From positions 864,001-928,000 of the forward strand of contig CAVUCU010000001.1 of NCBI GenBank assembly GCA_963740085.1: DNA of 64,000 nt, read 5' to 3'. The notes beneath the pieces were generated by a model. The model did not search any database, was not told the origin of the DNA, and was given only the letters and a program-made list of their open reading frames with translations. The position numbers were made by a program, and so were the translations under genes. Positions 19,737 through 29,601 of the stretch are shown piece after piece. This stretch comes from Nitrospirota bacterium. Its GTDB lineage: Bacteria > Nitrospirota > UBA9217. Every line of letters begins with the position of its first letter. Within the stretch, counting starts at the first letter, position 1.

Positions 19737-20687
19737 ATGAAAAAACGCAAACTCGGAAATTCAGACATAGCGGTCGCACCGCTGGCATTGGGCGGCAATG
19801 TCTTCGGCTGGACCGTGGATGAGCCTACGGCGTTTAAAATACTGGATGCCTTTGTGGCGGCGGGCTTCAACCTCATCGATACTGCGGATACCTACTCCCG
19901 GTGGGTAACGGGCAACAAGGGCGGCGAGTCTGAAACCATCATCGGCAAATGGCTCAAGCAGAGCGGAAACCGGAAAGAGGTCACCATCGCCACCAAGGTC
20001 GGGAGTGAAATGGGGCCGAACAGGAAAGGGCTCGCAAAGCCCTATATTGTGCGCGCCGTGGAGGACTCATTGCAGCGACTCCAAACAGACACCATCGACC
20101 TCTATCAGTCGCACAAGGACGATCCCGACACCCCTCTGGAAGAGACCCTGGAGGCATATGCGCAATTGATCAAACAAGGAAAAGTACGCGTGATCGGAGC
20201 CTCGAACTATGGCGTGACACGGCTTTCCGAGGCATTGCAGATCAGCGCGCGGAAGGGATTTCCCGCTTACCAGAGCCTGCAGCCCCGCTATAATCTGTAC
20301 GATCGGGTGGAGTACGAGCAGTCGCTTGAACCGGTCTGCAGGGAGATGGGAATGGGTGTGATCACCTATTCCTCGCTGGCAAGCGGATTTCTTACAGGAA
20401 AGTACCGGTCGGGAAAGGATCTGTCAAAGAGCATCCGGGGCCAGGGAATGAGATTATACCTGAACGACCGGGGGTTCCGGATACTTGAGGCGCTGGACCA
20501 TGCGGCGGAACAATACGATGCAACCCCCGCGGGCGTATCGCTTGCATGGCTTGTTGCGCGCCCGGGCATCACCGCCCCTATTGCGAGCGCCACGAGCGTG
20601 GAACAATTGAACGATCTGATCGAAGGGACAAAGCTCAAATTGAATCAGGAGTCAATAGATCTGTTGAATAAAGCCAGTGCTTACTAG
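19737..20687 (+). CDS. Aldo/keto reductase
   Basis: LGGNVFG, IDTADTY, IATK, IDLYQSH, IGASN. Confidence 0.95.
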   Translation: MKKRKLGNSDIAVAPLALGGNVFGWTVDEPTAFKILDAFVAAGFNLIDTADTYSRWVTGNKGGESETIIGKWLKQSGNRKEVTIATKVGSEMGPNRKGLAKPYIVRAVEDSLQRLQTDTIDLYQSHKDDPDTPLEETLEAYAQLIKQGKVRVIGASNYGVTRLSEALQISARKGFPAYQSLQPRYNLYDRVEYEQSLEPVCREMGMGVITYSSLASGFLTGKYRSGKDLSKSIRGQGMRLYLNDRGFRILEALDHAAEQYDATPAGVSLAWLVARPGITAPIASATSVEQLNDLIEGTKLKLNQESIDLLNKASAY

Positions 20688-20699
20688 CAAAAACGATGC

Positions 20700-20735
20700 A
20701 AAAAAAAACGGAGCCGTCACTTTCCCGGCTCCGCT
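20700..20735 (-). terminator. Intrinsic terminator after the CHRD gene
   Basis: Minus strand reads CGGAGCCG-ggaaagtga-CGGCTCCG then T9. Confidence 0.75.
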
Positions 20736-20774
20736 GCATAAGCTACTCTGTAAAGAGGTTGATTGTCTGTACTG

Positions 20775-21248
20775 CTACTTGATCTGACCGCGGACCTCGC
20801 CATCCGGATACTTTACCGTATGGACATTGACGTAGGCGCCTCCATCCTTGATCATTTTGACGAGGTCACCGACCGTTTTCCCGGCCAACGATCCGATCAG
20901 GTCCTTGTCCGTTATGGTTCCTTTGGCGATTTCTCCACTGAACTTACCGTCCTTTTTCGGGCCAGCAAATAGGCCGGCCACCGGGCCTCCGTTTTTACCC
21001 ATCATAGCTTCATGGATATGTGCTGCAGTGACATTTTCAATGTTCTTCAACTTGAGGATGTAGGTCAGTTCTTTGCCGTCCTTGCTCAGTTTAAAATGGG
21101 CTTCGCCTGTCGCCTTCGTCTCAACAGCCGGGACGACCTCTTTGCCGGACAGTTTTGCCGCGAAGGTCCCGTGAGCAGCCGCCATGCTCAGAGAAGCGGT
21201 CAGAAGGACCGTGAATATTGTGAATAACGTAACTTTTAGTGTTTTCAT
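20775..21248 (-). CDS. Secreted CHRD-domain protein
   Basis: LSGKEVVP, AAHIH, YVNVHT..YPDGEVRGQ. Confidence 0.92.
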   Translation of the reverse strand: MKTLKVTLFTIFTVLLTASLSMAAAHGTFAAKLSGKEVVPAVETKATGEAHFKLSKDGKELTYILKLKNIENVTAAHIHEAMMGKNGGPVAGLFAGPKKDGKFSGEIAKGTITDKDLIGSLAGKTVGDLVKMIKDGGAYVNVHTVKYPDGEVRGQIK

Positions 21249-21556
21249 AAGTTGTTCCTCCTTGCTGCTGGGTTAACAATCCCACAGCTACTTATACTAT
21301 AGCAATCAACTGGAGAGAATGTCAAGGCAACGGGGATTGCGGAAGGTAAAACGAAAGACTTAGATAATTGCATGAGCATGAATTCTCTGCAATTCCTTAA
21401 AAGAGGACATTCCCGCCCGGGCTGAAAAAAGAGTTAACGGTTGCAAAAAATCCCTGTTTATGCTAATTTAGCTCCGCAAATCAGGCTTGGCATCACTCAA
21501 ACGACTGCACCCTTTTCCTCTCACCTTATCTCATAAAGGAGCGTTACGAAAGCCCT

Positions 21557-22174
21557 ATGGCACTCTTCCCAAAAACAATAGATTTCTTTGTGCAATTCGA
21601 CCGGGCGCTCGACAACCTGTCGAAAGCGGCAAATGTGCTTGTCGACATGCTGAACAACTTTGACACCTTCGAGAAAAAGGCAAAGGCGATATACGAATTC
21701 GAGCAGGAAGGCGACATGCTCACCCACGACATCATGAAGGACCTGAACAAGACCTTCCTCACCCCCATCGACCGCGAGGACATCCATGCGCTGGCATCAC
21801 GGATCGACGACGTCCTCGACCTGATCTGGGCGGCGGTGGACAGGATGGTGGTGTACAAGATCGAGAAACCGACACCTGAGGTGATCTCCATTGCCGAGGA
21901 CCTGCAGATGACGGCGGACGTTCTGATCAAGGCCCTCCGGGAGCTCCGGGCGAAACAATATTCGCGCGTCCAGGAACATTGCATCGAGGTCAACCGGCTT
22001 GAGAACCGGATCGACCGCAAGTATCGGGACGCGCTCGGCAGGCTCGTCAACAGCGATAATGATCCTGTGTATATCATCAAATGGAAGGACATCTATCAGA
22101 TCATGGAAGACGCCTCGGACCGTGCGGAAGACATCGCCAATATCCTCGAGACCATAGTGCTCAAATATGCCTGA
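21557..22174 (+). CDS. DUF47 phosphate-transport regulator
   Basis: LNKTFLTPIDREDI, IIKWKDIY; overlaps pit. Confidence 0.92.
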   Translation: MALFPKTIDFFVQFDRALDNLSKAANVLVDMLNNFDTFEKKAKAIYEFEQEGDMLTHDIMKDLNKTFLTPIDREDIHALASRIDDVLDLIWAAVDRMVVYKIEKPTPEVISIAEDLQMTADVLIKALRELRAKQYSRVQEHCIEVNRLENRIDRKYRDALGRLVNSDNDPVYIIKWKDIYQIMEDASDRAEDIANILETIVLKYA

Positions 22175-23156
22175 AGTCCTGATCCTCATCATCGTCCTTG
22201 CCGTGTTCTTCGATGTGGCGAACGGCTGGCACGACTGCGCGAACGCCATTGCCACCGTGGTGTCGACGAAAGTCCTCTCGCCCCTGCAGGCGGTGATCCT
22301 TGCCGCGACCATGAACATCGCCGGCGCCTTTCTCACCACCGCCGTGGCCAAGACCATCGGCGCGGGCATTGTGGACCCCGTGGCGATCACGAACGCGGTG
22401 CTGATCTCGGCGCTGGCCGCCGCCATCCTCTGGAACCTCATCACGATCCTCATGGGCCTGCCGGTCAGTTCTTCACACGCGCTCGTGGGCGGGCTCATCG
22501 GAGCGGCCGTAGCTCACGGCGGAACATCGCTCCTGAATATCGGCGGCATTATGAAGATACTCCTGTCTCTCCTCCTCTCCCCCGTGCTCGGCATCGTTCT
22601 TGGATATCTGTTCATGAAGATGATCTTGCATTTCTTCGGACAGCTCTCGCCCGGCGTCATCGGCAGGTATTTTGGCAGGCTCCAGATCGTCTCATCGTCC
22701 TTCATGGCCTTCGGACACGGCTCCAACGACGCCCAGAAGTCCATGGGAATCATCACCATGGCGCTTCTGGCCTCGGGCAAGATCCAGACACTCGAGGTGC
22801 CGACCTGGGTCATCCTCACCTGCGCCGTTGCCATGGGATTCGGCACCCTCTTCGGCGGATGGAAGATCATCAAGACCCTGGGGCACAACATGCTGAAGCT
22901 TGAACCCATCCACGGCTTCGCCGCCGAGACCTCATCGGCCGGCATCATCATGGCGGCAAGCTATTTCGGCCTTCCCGTGAGCACCACCCACGTCGTCTCA
23001 ACGGCGATCCTCGGCGTCGGCGCTACCAGGCGACTCTCGGCGGTCCGCTGGGGGATTGCCGGAAAAATAGTGATGGCATGGGTCCTTACCCTTCCGCTTT
23101 GCATTGCCATGGCGTGGGTCATCCACATACTCCTGACGCAGTACCATCTCGTTTAG
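22167..23156 (+). CDS. pit: PiT-family inorganic phosphate transporter
   Basis: NGWHDCANAIAT, PVSSSHAL, HGSNDAQK, PVSTTH. Confidence 0.95.
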   Translation: MPEVLILIIVLAVFFDVANGWHDCANAIATVVSTKVLSPLQAVILAATMNIAGAFLTTAVAKTIGAGIVDPVAITNAVLISALAAAILWNLITILMGLPVSSSHALVGGLIGAAVAHGGTSLLNIGGIMKILLSLLLSPVLGIVLGYLFMKMILHFFGQLSPGVIGRYFGRLQIVSSSFMAFGHGSNDAQKSMGIITMALLASGKIQTLEVPTWVILTCAVAMGFGTLFGGWKIIKTLGHNMLKLEPIHGFAAETSSAGIIMAASYFGLPVSTTHVVSTAILGVGATRRLSAVRWGIAGKIVMAWVLTLPLCIAMAWVIHILLTQYHLV

Positions 23157-23251
23157 CTCTTTCCCCGCGCGGTGCCTCCCTCCTGGCTCGTCAGCACCTG
23201 ATCGACCACAGAGGTCACACAAGAATAAAGGTTCTTCGCCCTCCTGAGAGA

Positions 23252-23316
23252 ACCAGCAATGCACGCCTGCGCGGACCTGTGAACCGGGGTGCAGAAAAAA
23301 GAAAGGCATCGCGGAC
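23252..23316. repeat. Dispersed ~60-bp repeat, copy 1 (copy 2 at 27628-27690)
   Basis: ACCaGCAATgCAcGCCTGCGCGGAcCTGTGAACcGGGGTGCAGAAAAAA is shared with the 27628 copy. Confidence 0.7.
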
Positions 23317-23425
23317 TTCCTTGTAAGATAAGTTTTGGTCCGGGTTGGGGTTTCGAGGATCTAACTGATTCAGGCTGGCGATTTGGGTAGCGAGGGATCT
23401 CTTGATGCGGCGGACCTGCAGATGA

Positions 23426-24061
23426 CTAAAAATTGTTTATCAACATTCTGGATATCTTTCGAGAGTCAACTCCCCGGTACTTTCCTGACTTCAACGCTTC
23501 GACCAGGGTCTCAGCGGTAACCGCGCCATCGAACTCGGTAAAGCACGAACCGACCTCCCACGGAATATGAGCATCCGAGCCGCCGGTATACGGCAGCTTC
23601 AGCCTTTCGGCCGCCGCAATAGCCTTCACATTAAACGCGTGCATATTGCATCCGTTGTATCCTTCGAGGGCGCAGATGCCCGGTACGTCTCGCGCCAGGT
23701 CGCCGATGCTGTTCACCGAGCGATAAGGGTGGGACGGGATCACCACACCGCCTGCCTGATTCACGGTCCGGATGACCTCTTCAACCGGGGCGTATTTGAT
23801 CGACAGCTTATCCGTATCCACACCGAATACGAGACAATGTCCCTCGGCCGCGGAAAACTCCACTCCCCGCAGGATCAGGATGCTGTCCTCAAACTTTTCC
23901 TTCAGGACCTCAACGAACTCCGATGACCCGTAATAATAGTGCTCTGTAAAAGCGATGCCGTGAAGGCCAATTTCAATGGCACGGAGGACCGCTTCCTCAG
24001 GGTCGGAATCGTTATCGCCGCTGAATTTCGTATGGACGTGTAAGTCGATTTTAAATTTCAT
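23426..24061 (-). CDS. PHP-domain phosphoesterase
   Basis: DLHVHT, FTEH, GVE, GH, SHPY, GGSDAH. Confidence 0.9.
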   Translation of the reverse strand: MKFKIDLHVHTKFSGDNDSDPEEAVLRAIEIGLHGIAFTEHYYYGSSEFVEVLKEKFEDSILILRGVEFSAAEGHCLVFGVDTDKLSIKYAPVEEVIRTVNQAGGVVIPSHPYRSVNSIGDLARDVPGICALEGYNGCNMHAFNVKAIAAAERLKLPYTGGSDAHIPWEVGSCFTEFDGAVTAETLVEALKSGKYRGVDSRKISRMLINNF

Positions 24062-24078
24062 AAATACAAAAAAGCTTT

Positions 24079-24162
24079 CACCACGGAGCGCACAGGGGAC
24101 TAACCTGGCCTAAAGAACCTCATTGCATTATTAAGCTTTTGTCTCTGGGCTCTCTGTGGTTA
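24079..24162. repeat. 9-nt-periodic palindromic cassette
   Basis: CACCACGGAGCGCACAGGGG / TGTCTCTGGGCTCTCTGTGGTT. Confidence 0.6.
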
Positions 24163-24171
24163 AATAATTCT

Positions 24172-24846
24172 TCAGTTCGATTTGCAATTCCCCCCGCATG
24201 AACACGCGAATGATCCAGCCTTGGCCTTTTCAAAGGCCTCTTTCCCTTCCCGGAAGCAGAGGCCGCCGATGACCAGCGCACCGATCGAATCAAGCCCGCC
24301 GATATTCGTAAGCTGGTATCCTGCGCTTGCGATAAGCAACACCACGGACAGCTGCAGACATGCCCTCGTACAGGCAGCGTCTGCCAGTATGGCTTGCGAG
24401 TTCAGTTTTGTCCCGACCGAGACCTTGGCGCGAATGAGCGCCCACATGGAGACTATGGATATGAGCGAGATGACGATACCCCAAAAGGTGCTTTCCGGTT
24501 TGTGCCCGCGGTAGAGGTCAACCAGGGACGTCAGTGCCAGACCCGCGGTAAGAACGTAGAAAGCTGTCCCCGTGATCCTGAGCGCCCGCTGCTCGAACCG
24601 GTCGACGTTCTCCCCGCCGTTTCTCCGGACACGGCGGACCATGTGCCAGATCCCGATACCCGAGACGACCTCCACGAACGAATCGAGCCCGAATCCGAAG
24701 AGCGACATGCTCTCGTCTTCCATGCCGAAGAAAATCGAGACCGCCCCTTCAGCGATGTTGTAGAAGATCGTGATCAGCGCAAGCGCCGAGGCCCAGCCGT
24801 AGAGTTTATTTTTGTTCGACACAAGGCCGATGGATACCGTTTGCAC
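24172..24846 (-). CDS. Cation-efflux (CDF-like) transporter, TM domain only
   Basis: YNIAEG, LFGFGLDSFVE, ILADAACT, REGKEAF and a Cys-rich tail; GTG start. Confidence 0.85.
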   Translation of the reverse strand: MQTVSIGLVSNKNKLYGWASALALITIFYNIAEGAVSIFFGMEDESMSLFGFGLDSFVEVVSGIGIWHMVRRVRRNGGENVDRFEQRALRITGTAFYVLTAGLALTSLVDLYRGHKPESTFWGIVISLISIVSMWALIRAKVSVGTKLNSQAILADAACTRACLQLSVVLLIASAGYQLTNIGGLDSIGALVIGGLCFREGKEAFEKAKAGSFACSCGGNCKSN

Positions 24847-24986
24847 GGGCTATACTACCACTATTCGGTGAAGCGGCAAAGCAAAAATTGTTTCGATGAA
24901 ATTCCGGTGGTGACGATTGGGGTGGAAGCGAAACACTCGCATTCACAGCCTTGGTAATCAGTGTTTCCGTGCCTGATCTTTCCCCG

Positions 24987-25015
24987 GGAACAAAAATCCC
25001 CTTCCCCTTGTCTAA
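24987..25015 (+). promoter_or_regulatory. ECF sigma (RpoE/AlgU-like) promoter
   Basis: GGAACAA-N16-GTCTAA upstream of the secreted-protein gene at 25072. Confidence 0.5.
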
Positions 25016-25071
25016 TGGAATGAATCCCAAAAGAAAAGCAATAGGTAACCTCATCGGAAAGGAGAAAGACA

Positions 25072-25893
25072 ATGCGAAACACAGTTATCGCTGCAGCAGT
25101 ACTCACCGTCATCATGGCAGCGGGAGGGGCGCCCGCTCATTCCCTCGGGAGGGCAATTCGGCCTGGAGAGGTCAACATCGAGGTCGTATCTGACAGGGGG
25201 AACCTGTTTCAGGCAATACCACACCAGGACTTCTGGAAAAGCAACACCCGAATCATCAAGAGATATCTTGAGGCGAAGAAGGGCGAGAACTACGGGATCG
25301 TCATCACGAACAGCACGCCCGAACGGGTTGGCGTGGTCATCGGCGTGGACGGCAGGAACATTATCACCGGCAAACGTTCCGAACTCAGGAACAGCGAGGC
25401 CATGTACATCGTAAACGCCTATGAATCGGTGCGCTACGACGGGTGGCGGACCGGCAATGACCAGGTGCACCGCTTCTATTTCACCGACGAGGCAGATTCG
25501 TACAGCGTCAGGACCTTCGGCGACACATCGGCAATGGGTGTTATTGCGGTAGCAGTCTATCGGGAGAAACAGCGGCCGCAGCCGCTTCTGGAACAGAAAC
25601 GCGAAGGAGCGGCCGCCCCTGCCGCACCGTCATCAAAAAAAGCGCCCCAGAGCGCCGACCGGGCACTGGCCAGGGAAAGCGCAGGCACCGGATTCGGCGA
25701 CGCCCAATACTCTCCGGTCGTGACTGTGCAATTCGAGCCTGAACGTGATCCGGTCCAGAAAACGCTGATCAAGTATGAATGGCGAGAGGTTTTATGCAGG
25801 AAAGGAATTTTATCGTGCGGTAGAGAACTCGGGAACCGGCTCTGGGATGAGGACGGGTATGCACCCTATCCGCCAGGGTACCCGAGAAATTAG
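25072..25893 (+). CDS. Conserved hypothetical secreted protein
   Basis: Signal peptide; YLEAKKGENYGI..RVGVVIGVDG, GWR, GVIAVAVYRE, GTGFG; AGGAG RBS. Confidence 0.8.
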   Translation: MRNTVIAAAVLTVIMAAGGAPAHSLGRAIRPGEVNIEVVSDRGNLFQAIPHQDFWKSNTRIIKRYLEAKKGENYGIVITNSTPERVGVVIGVDGRNIITGKRSELRNSEAMYIVNAYESVRYDGWRTGNDQVHRFYFTDEADSYSVRTFGDTSAMGVIAVAVYREKQRPQPLLEQKREGAAAPAAPSSKKAPQSADRALARESAGTGFGDAQYSPVVTVQFEPERDPVQKTLIKYEWREVLCRKGILSCGRELGNRLWDEDGYAPYPPGYPRN

Positions 25894-26202
25894 ATGAGTA
25901 TGTGATAGATGAAAAATTCGGGGGCAGATAGTGTACCGGTCCGTCTGCCCCCTATCTTCCCTCGGGTCTGTCAACCTCGATTTCAAGAAGAAAAGAATTG
26001 ACCCTCTAATCTGCTTTGGCAGGGCTTTCGATCTGTTTGAAATGATTGTGATACAATCCGTTGCTCCCTGCTGCCAGCGCTGCTCATTCGGGGATTATAG
26101 GTAATACTTTTGTCTTATTGACATAACCATATAGTTGCGCAATCATTTAACTATAGAGTAGATTTACAGCATAAACGATTTTCCTTGGAAAGGAGAATTA
26201 TC

Positions 26203-26755
26203 ATGGCAAAGCAAATAGGCAAAAAAATCAGACATGCAGGCAATGATGGAAATATACAAGAAGGTGGGAACCCCGGGCGAGCCTCATAAGCTGCTGGCGA
26301 AACTGGAGGGAAGCTGGACAACCAGGACCACGGGTTGGCTGGAAGGCAAGCCGGCAATGAAATCGACCGGCACGTGTGAGCAAAAGCTCGTCCTTGGCGG
26401 CCATTACCTGCAACAGGACTATACCGGCGATATGATGGGAGCGCCATTTACCGGCATAAACCTCCTGGGGTACAATAACCACACCAAGAAGTACGAGTCG
26501 GTCTGGCTCGATTCAATGAGCACGGCCATCTATTACTTCGTGGGCAAAGGAAGCGCGGATGGCAGGACCATTACGCAGGAATGCGACTACGTCGACCCGG
26601 TGAGAGGCCCGGCTGTCTGGCGGAGTGTGACCAGGGTCAAGGACGACAATACCCTGGAGTTCGAGATGTTCATCACGCCCAAGGGCGGCAAGAAAGAGAA
26701 GATGATGGAGATGACCATCGCGCGGAAGGAAGCAGTCGCTTTAAAGGCGGCGTGA
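26203..26755 (+). CDS. DUF1579-family protein, with an apparent +1 frameshift in an A7 run near the 5' end
   Basis: PGEPHKLL, GYNNHTKKYESVWLDSMST. The RBS-led ATG at 26203 is out of frame with the main ORF (26234-26755) unless one A of 26221-26227 is removed. Confidence 0.8.
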
Positions 26756-26826
26756 GTCTGATCATCAGCCACGGAGAGACATGGACAGGTGAATGAATGT
26801 CAATCCGTGGCAAACATCTTAATTAT

Positions 26827-26962
26827 GGTTGACAGATTCGTAAAAAGTACTTATGAGCCGCAAAAGTCACAAAATTCTCAAAATAAATCTTTGGCGTTTT
26901 AAGGCATCATCTATGTGTTCTTTGTGCTTTATGTGGCAAATTTTTGATTTATTACTAAACCA
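26827..26962. repeat. Nested palindromic cassette (outer IR plus 9-nt-periodic arms)
   Basis: GATTCGTAAAAAGT outer end; GCCGCAAAAGTCACAAAATTCTCAAAA / TATGTGTTCTTTGTGCTTTATGTGGC. Confidence 0.55.
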
Positions 26963-27004
26963 TTTTTGTTAGGGCCGGTGAGATTGCTGAAGGGAGGAGT
27001 TCCG

Positions 27005-27427
27005 ATGAGAAAGACGTATCAGGTGCGGCATATCAGTGTTTCCATCGACCGGCCGCCTAATGAAGTCTATTCGTTCGCCTCAAATCCCGTGAACACTCCG
27101 AAATGGGCCACGGGTCTCGGCGGTTCAATAAAGAAGGTAAACAACGAATGGATCGCGGATGCCCCGATGGGCAAAGTGAAGATCAAATTCGCGGAAGAAA
27201 ACAAGTTCGGGGTCCTGGACCACGAAGTAGTCCTGGAATCGGGAGTAACGATCAACAACCCGATGAGGGTCATTGCCAACGGCAAGGGGAGCGAGATATC
27301 TTTTACGCTGATCCGTCAACCGGAAATGTCCGATGAAAAGTTTGCGCAGGATGCCCGGTGGGTGGAGAAGGACCTGAGAATACTGAAAGGGTTATTGGAG
27401 AAAGGTCCAGAGAACAAGTATCGGTAA
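27005..27427 (+). CDS. SRPBCC/START-family protein
   Basis: ISVSIDRPPNEVYSF, PKWATG, GVLDH, NPMRV, VEKDL; GGAGG RBS. Confidence 0.88.
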   Translation: MRKTYQVRHISVSIDRPPNEVYSFASNPVNTPKWATGLGGSIKKVNNEWIADAPMGKVKIKFAEENKFGVLDHEVVLESGVTINNPMRVIANGKGSEISFTLIRQPEMSDEKFAQDARWVEKDLRILKGLLEKGPENKYR

Positions 27428-27627
27428 AATACAATGCATCTCTTATTCTCTTTGCCTTTCCAGAAGCCCCTGCATCCCATGAACAGGTTCGCGCACAAGC
27501 ATGCCAGGGTAGAAAAGAACCGAAGTTGCCACAAAGCCAGGCAGACACACCGTGCTCTTGCGATAACGCGGGTGCAGGCGGCCAATCTAAGGGAAGTGTT
27601 GCGATGCTCGAAAGGCTTGTTATCAGT

Positions 27628-27690
27628 ACCGGCAATCATGCCCTGCGCGGAGCTGTGAACTGGGGTGCAGAAAAAAATAGGATCGTGACC
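27628..27690. repeat. Dispersed ~60-bp repeat, copy 2
   Basis: Aligns with 23252-23316. Confidence 0.7.
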
Positions 27691-27829
27691 TGTGCTGAAT
27701 TAGAAACAGATAAAAACGACCCACACAAAACCCCGGAGACCCAGAAAGCTTTTTCCCATATTTTCGGTCATGCGAACGAACTTGTTCATCGGCACGGCTT
27801 TCAGCGTCATGTCCATTTGCGCGTCCCCT

Positions 27830-29509
27830 TTATACGCGCGGCCCTCCAAGCCCGCCCTTCCCCATCTTCCGCACGACCTCCTGCGACCTGAGCTCACCGC
27901 GCTTGATCTTTCCGCTGACCGTTTTGGGCAGCTCTTTCATGAACTCTATCTCGCGGGGATACTTGTACGGCGCGGCCCGTCCCTTCACAAAGTCCTGTAT
28001 CTCGCGCGCGAGCTTTTCCGAAGCCGTATTCCCGGGCGCGAGCACGATAAAGGCCTTGATGATCTCTCCCCGAACAGGATCGGGGCTCGCAACCACCGCA
28101 TTCTCCGCAACGGCCGGATGCTCCTGGATAACGCTCTCGACCTCAAAGGGTCCGATGCGGTAACCTGAAGCCTTAATGATGTCGTCCCCCCTGCCGACGA
28201 AGGTGTAATAACCTTCCTCGTCCTTCATTGCCTTATCGCCGGTGTTGTACCAGCCGTGCTGAAATACCTTTGCGTTTTCCTCGGGGTCTTCAAGATAGCT
28301 CTCGAAAATACCGACAGGTTTCTTTGCGTTCATCTTGACAGAGATAAAACCAACTTCGCCGGCGGGGACCGGCCTGAAATCCTCATTCAGGATATCGATG
28401 TCCAGGTCGGGAACGGGCTTCCCCATTGATCCCGGCTTGACCGGGAGAAACGGATAATTCGCCACAAGGACCGTGCTCTCGGTCTGCCCGTAACCTTCGT
28501 GGATGGTCTTGCCCGTTGCCCCCTTCCAGACCTTGATCACCTCGGGATTGAGCGGTTCGCCGGCGGAGGTGAAATGCCTGATGCCTGAGTAGTTGTATGC
28601 AGAGAGGTCTTCGAGGACAAGCATGCGATAGACCGTGGGCGGTCCGCAGAAGGCAGTCACGCCCCTGGTGGTCAGCAGTTCGAGCGTAAGTCTGGCATTG
28701 AAACGACCCTCGGCGTTATGCACGAATAATCCCGCTCCGATGGTCCACTGTCCATAGAGCCCCCAGGCCGCCTTTGCCCAGCCCGTGTCGGATACGACCC
28801 AGATGAGGTCGGTATCCGTGAGACCGTGCCAGAGTCCTGCAGTGCGCAGGTGGCCGAGAGGATAAGAACAGACATGATGCACCATCTTGGGGTACCTCGT
28901 TGTGCCGGAGGTAAAATAGATGAGGAACGAATCATCTGCAGCGGTCTGTTCCACGTCAGTCCGCCTCAGCACCGGCGATGCGGCTTTCATCGCCCTCTCA
29001 AAGCCCTCCCACCCCGGGGCCTCGCCGTCCACCAGGAGCTTATGACGCAGAACGGGCGCGTCGATGCTGCGCATCGCCTCATCTACCTTGGCGCGGTTCA
29101 CCGTGTTGGTGATCACCACACTCGCACGGCCTTTCGCGATCCGGTATTCGATGTCCGAGGGCGAAAGCATGACCGGAGCGGGCATGATCACCGCGCCGAG
29201 CTTGTGGCAGGCGACGAGGATACAATACCATTCCGGCACCCTGCCAAGCATGATAAAGACCCGGTCTCCCTTCTTGACACCGATGCTCCTGAGCGCGTTC
29301 GCCGCCTGGTTCGAGAGACGAGAGATGTCACTGAATGTATACACGTTCATCACGCCGCCTGTGGCGTCGGTCCAGACCAGGGCGCGTTTCTTCTCATCCT
29401 CGGCATGCTTGTCGATCACGTCGAAGCCGAAGTTGAAATATTCAGGCACCGGTATCGCGAATGAGCGTCTTGCCGAATCGTAATCCTGAAAATCAAAACT
29501 AAATGTCAT
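27830..29509 (-). CDS. Acyl-CoA synthetase (AMP-binding, ACSM-like)
   Basis: YFTSGTTRYPK, GYGQTE, TGD, GRGDD, PKTVSGKI. Confidence 0.95.
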   Translation of the reverse strand: MTFSFDFQDYDSARRSFAIPVPEYFNFGFDVIDKHAEDEKKRALVWTDATGGVMNVYTFSDISRLSNQAANALRSIGVKKGDRVFIMLGRVPEWYCILVACHKLGAVIMPAPVMLSPSDIEYRIAKGRASVVITNTVNRAKVDEAMRSIDAPVLRHKLLVDGEAPGWEGFERAMKAASPVLRRTDVEQTAADDSFLIYFTSGTTRYPKMVHHVCSYPLGHLRTAGLWHGLTDTDLIWVVSDTGWAKAAWGLYGQWTIGAGLFVHNAEGRFNARLTLELLTTRGVTAFCGPPTVYRMLVLEDLSAYNYSGIRHFTSAGEPLNPEVIKVWKGATGKTIHEGYGQTESTVLVANYPFLPVKPGSMGKPVPDLDIDILNEDFRPVPAGEVGFISVKMNAKKPVGIFESYLEDPEENAKVFQHGWYNTGDKAMKDEEGYYTFVGRGDDIIKASGYRIGPFEVESVIQEHPAVAENAVVASPDPVRGEIIKAFIVLAPGNTASEKLAREIQDFVKGRAAPYKYPREIEFMKELPKTVSGKIKRGELRSQEVVRKMGKGGLGGPRV

Positions 29510-29601
29510 CGTCTCACCTCGCGAGCGGAAAGAGTAACCTCAGACTCCGTTTCTTTTGGCTCACGTCGAAGTCTCACGGCAAGGTCCGGCTTCCGCACTT
29601 G

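Noticed and set aside
26940-27430. Integron cassette (GTTAGGG before the SRPBCC gene)
   Set aside because: No convincing attC hairpin after the gene and no intI in the window.
27434-27658. 74-aa ORF after the SRPBCC gene
   Set aside because: No RBS or motif, and it runs into a dispersed repeat; likely spurious.
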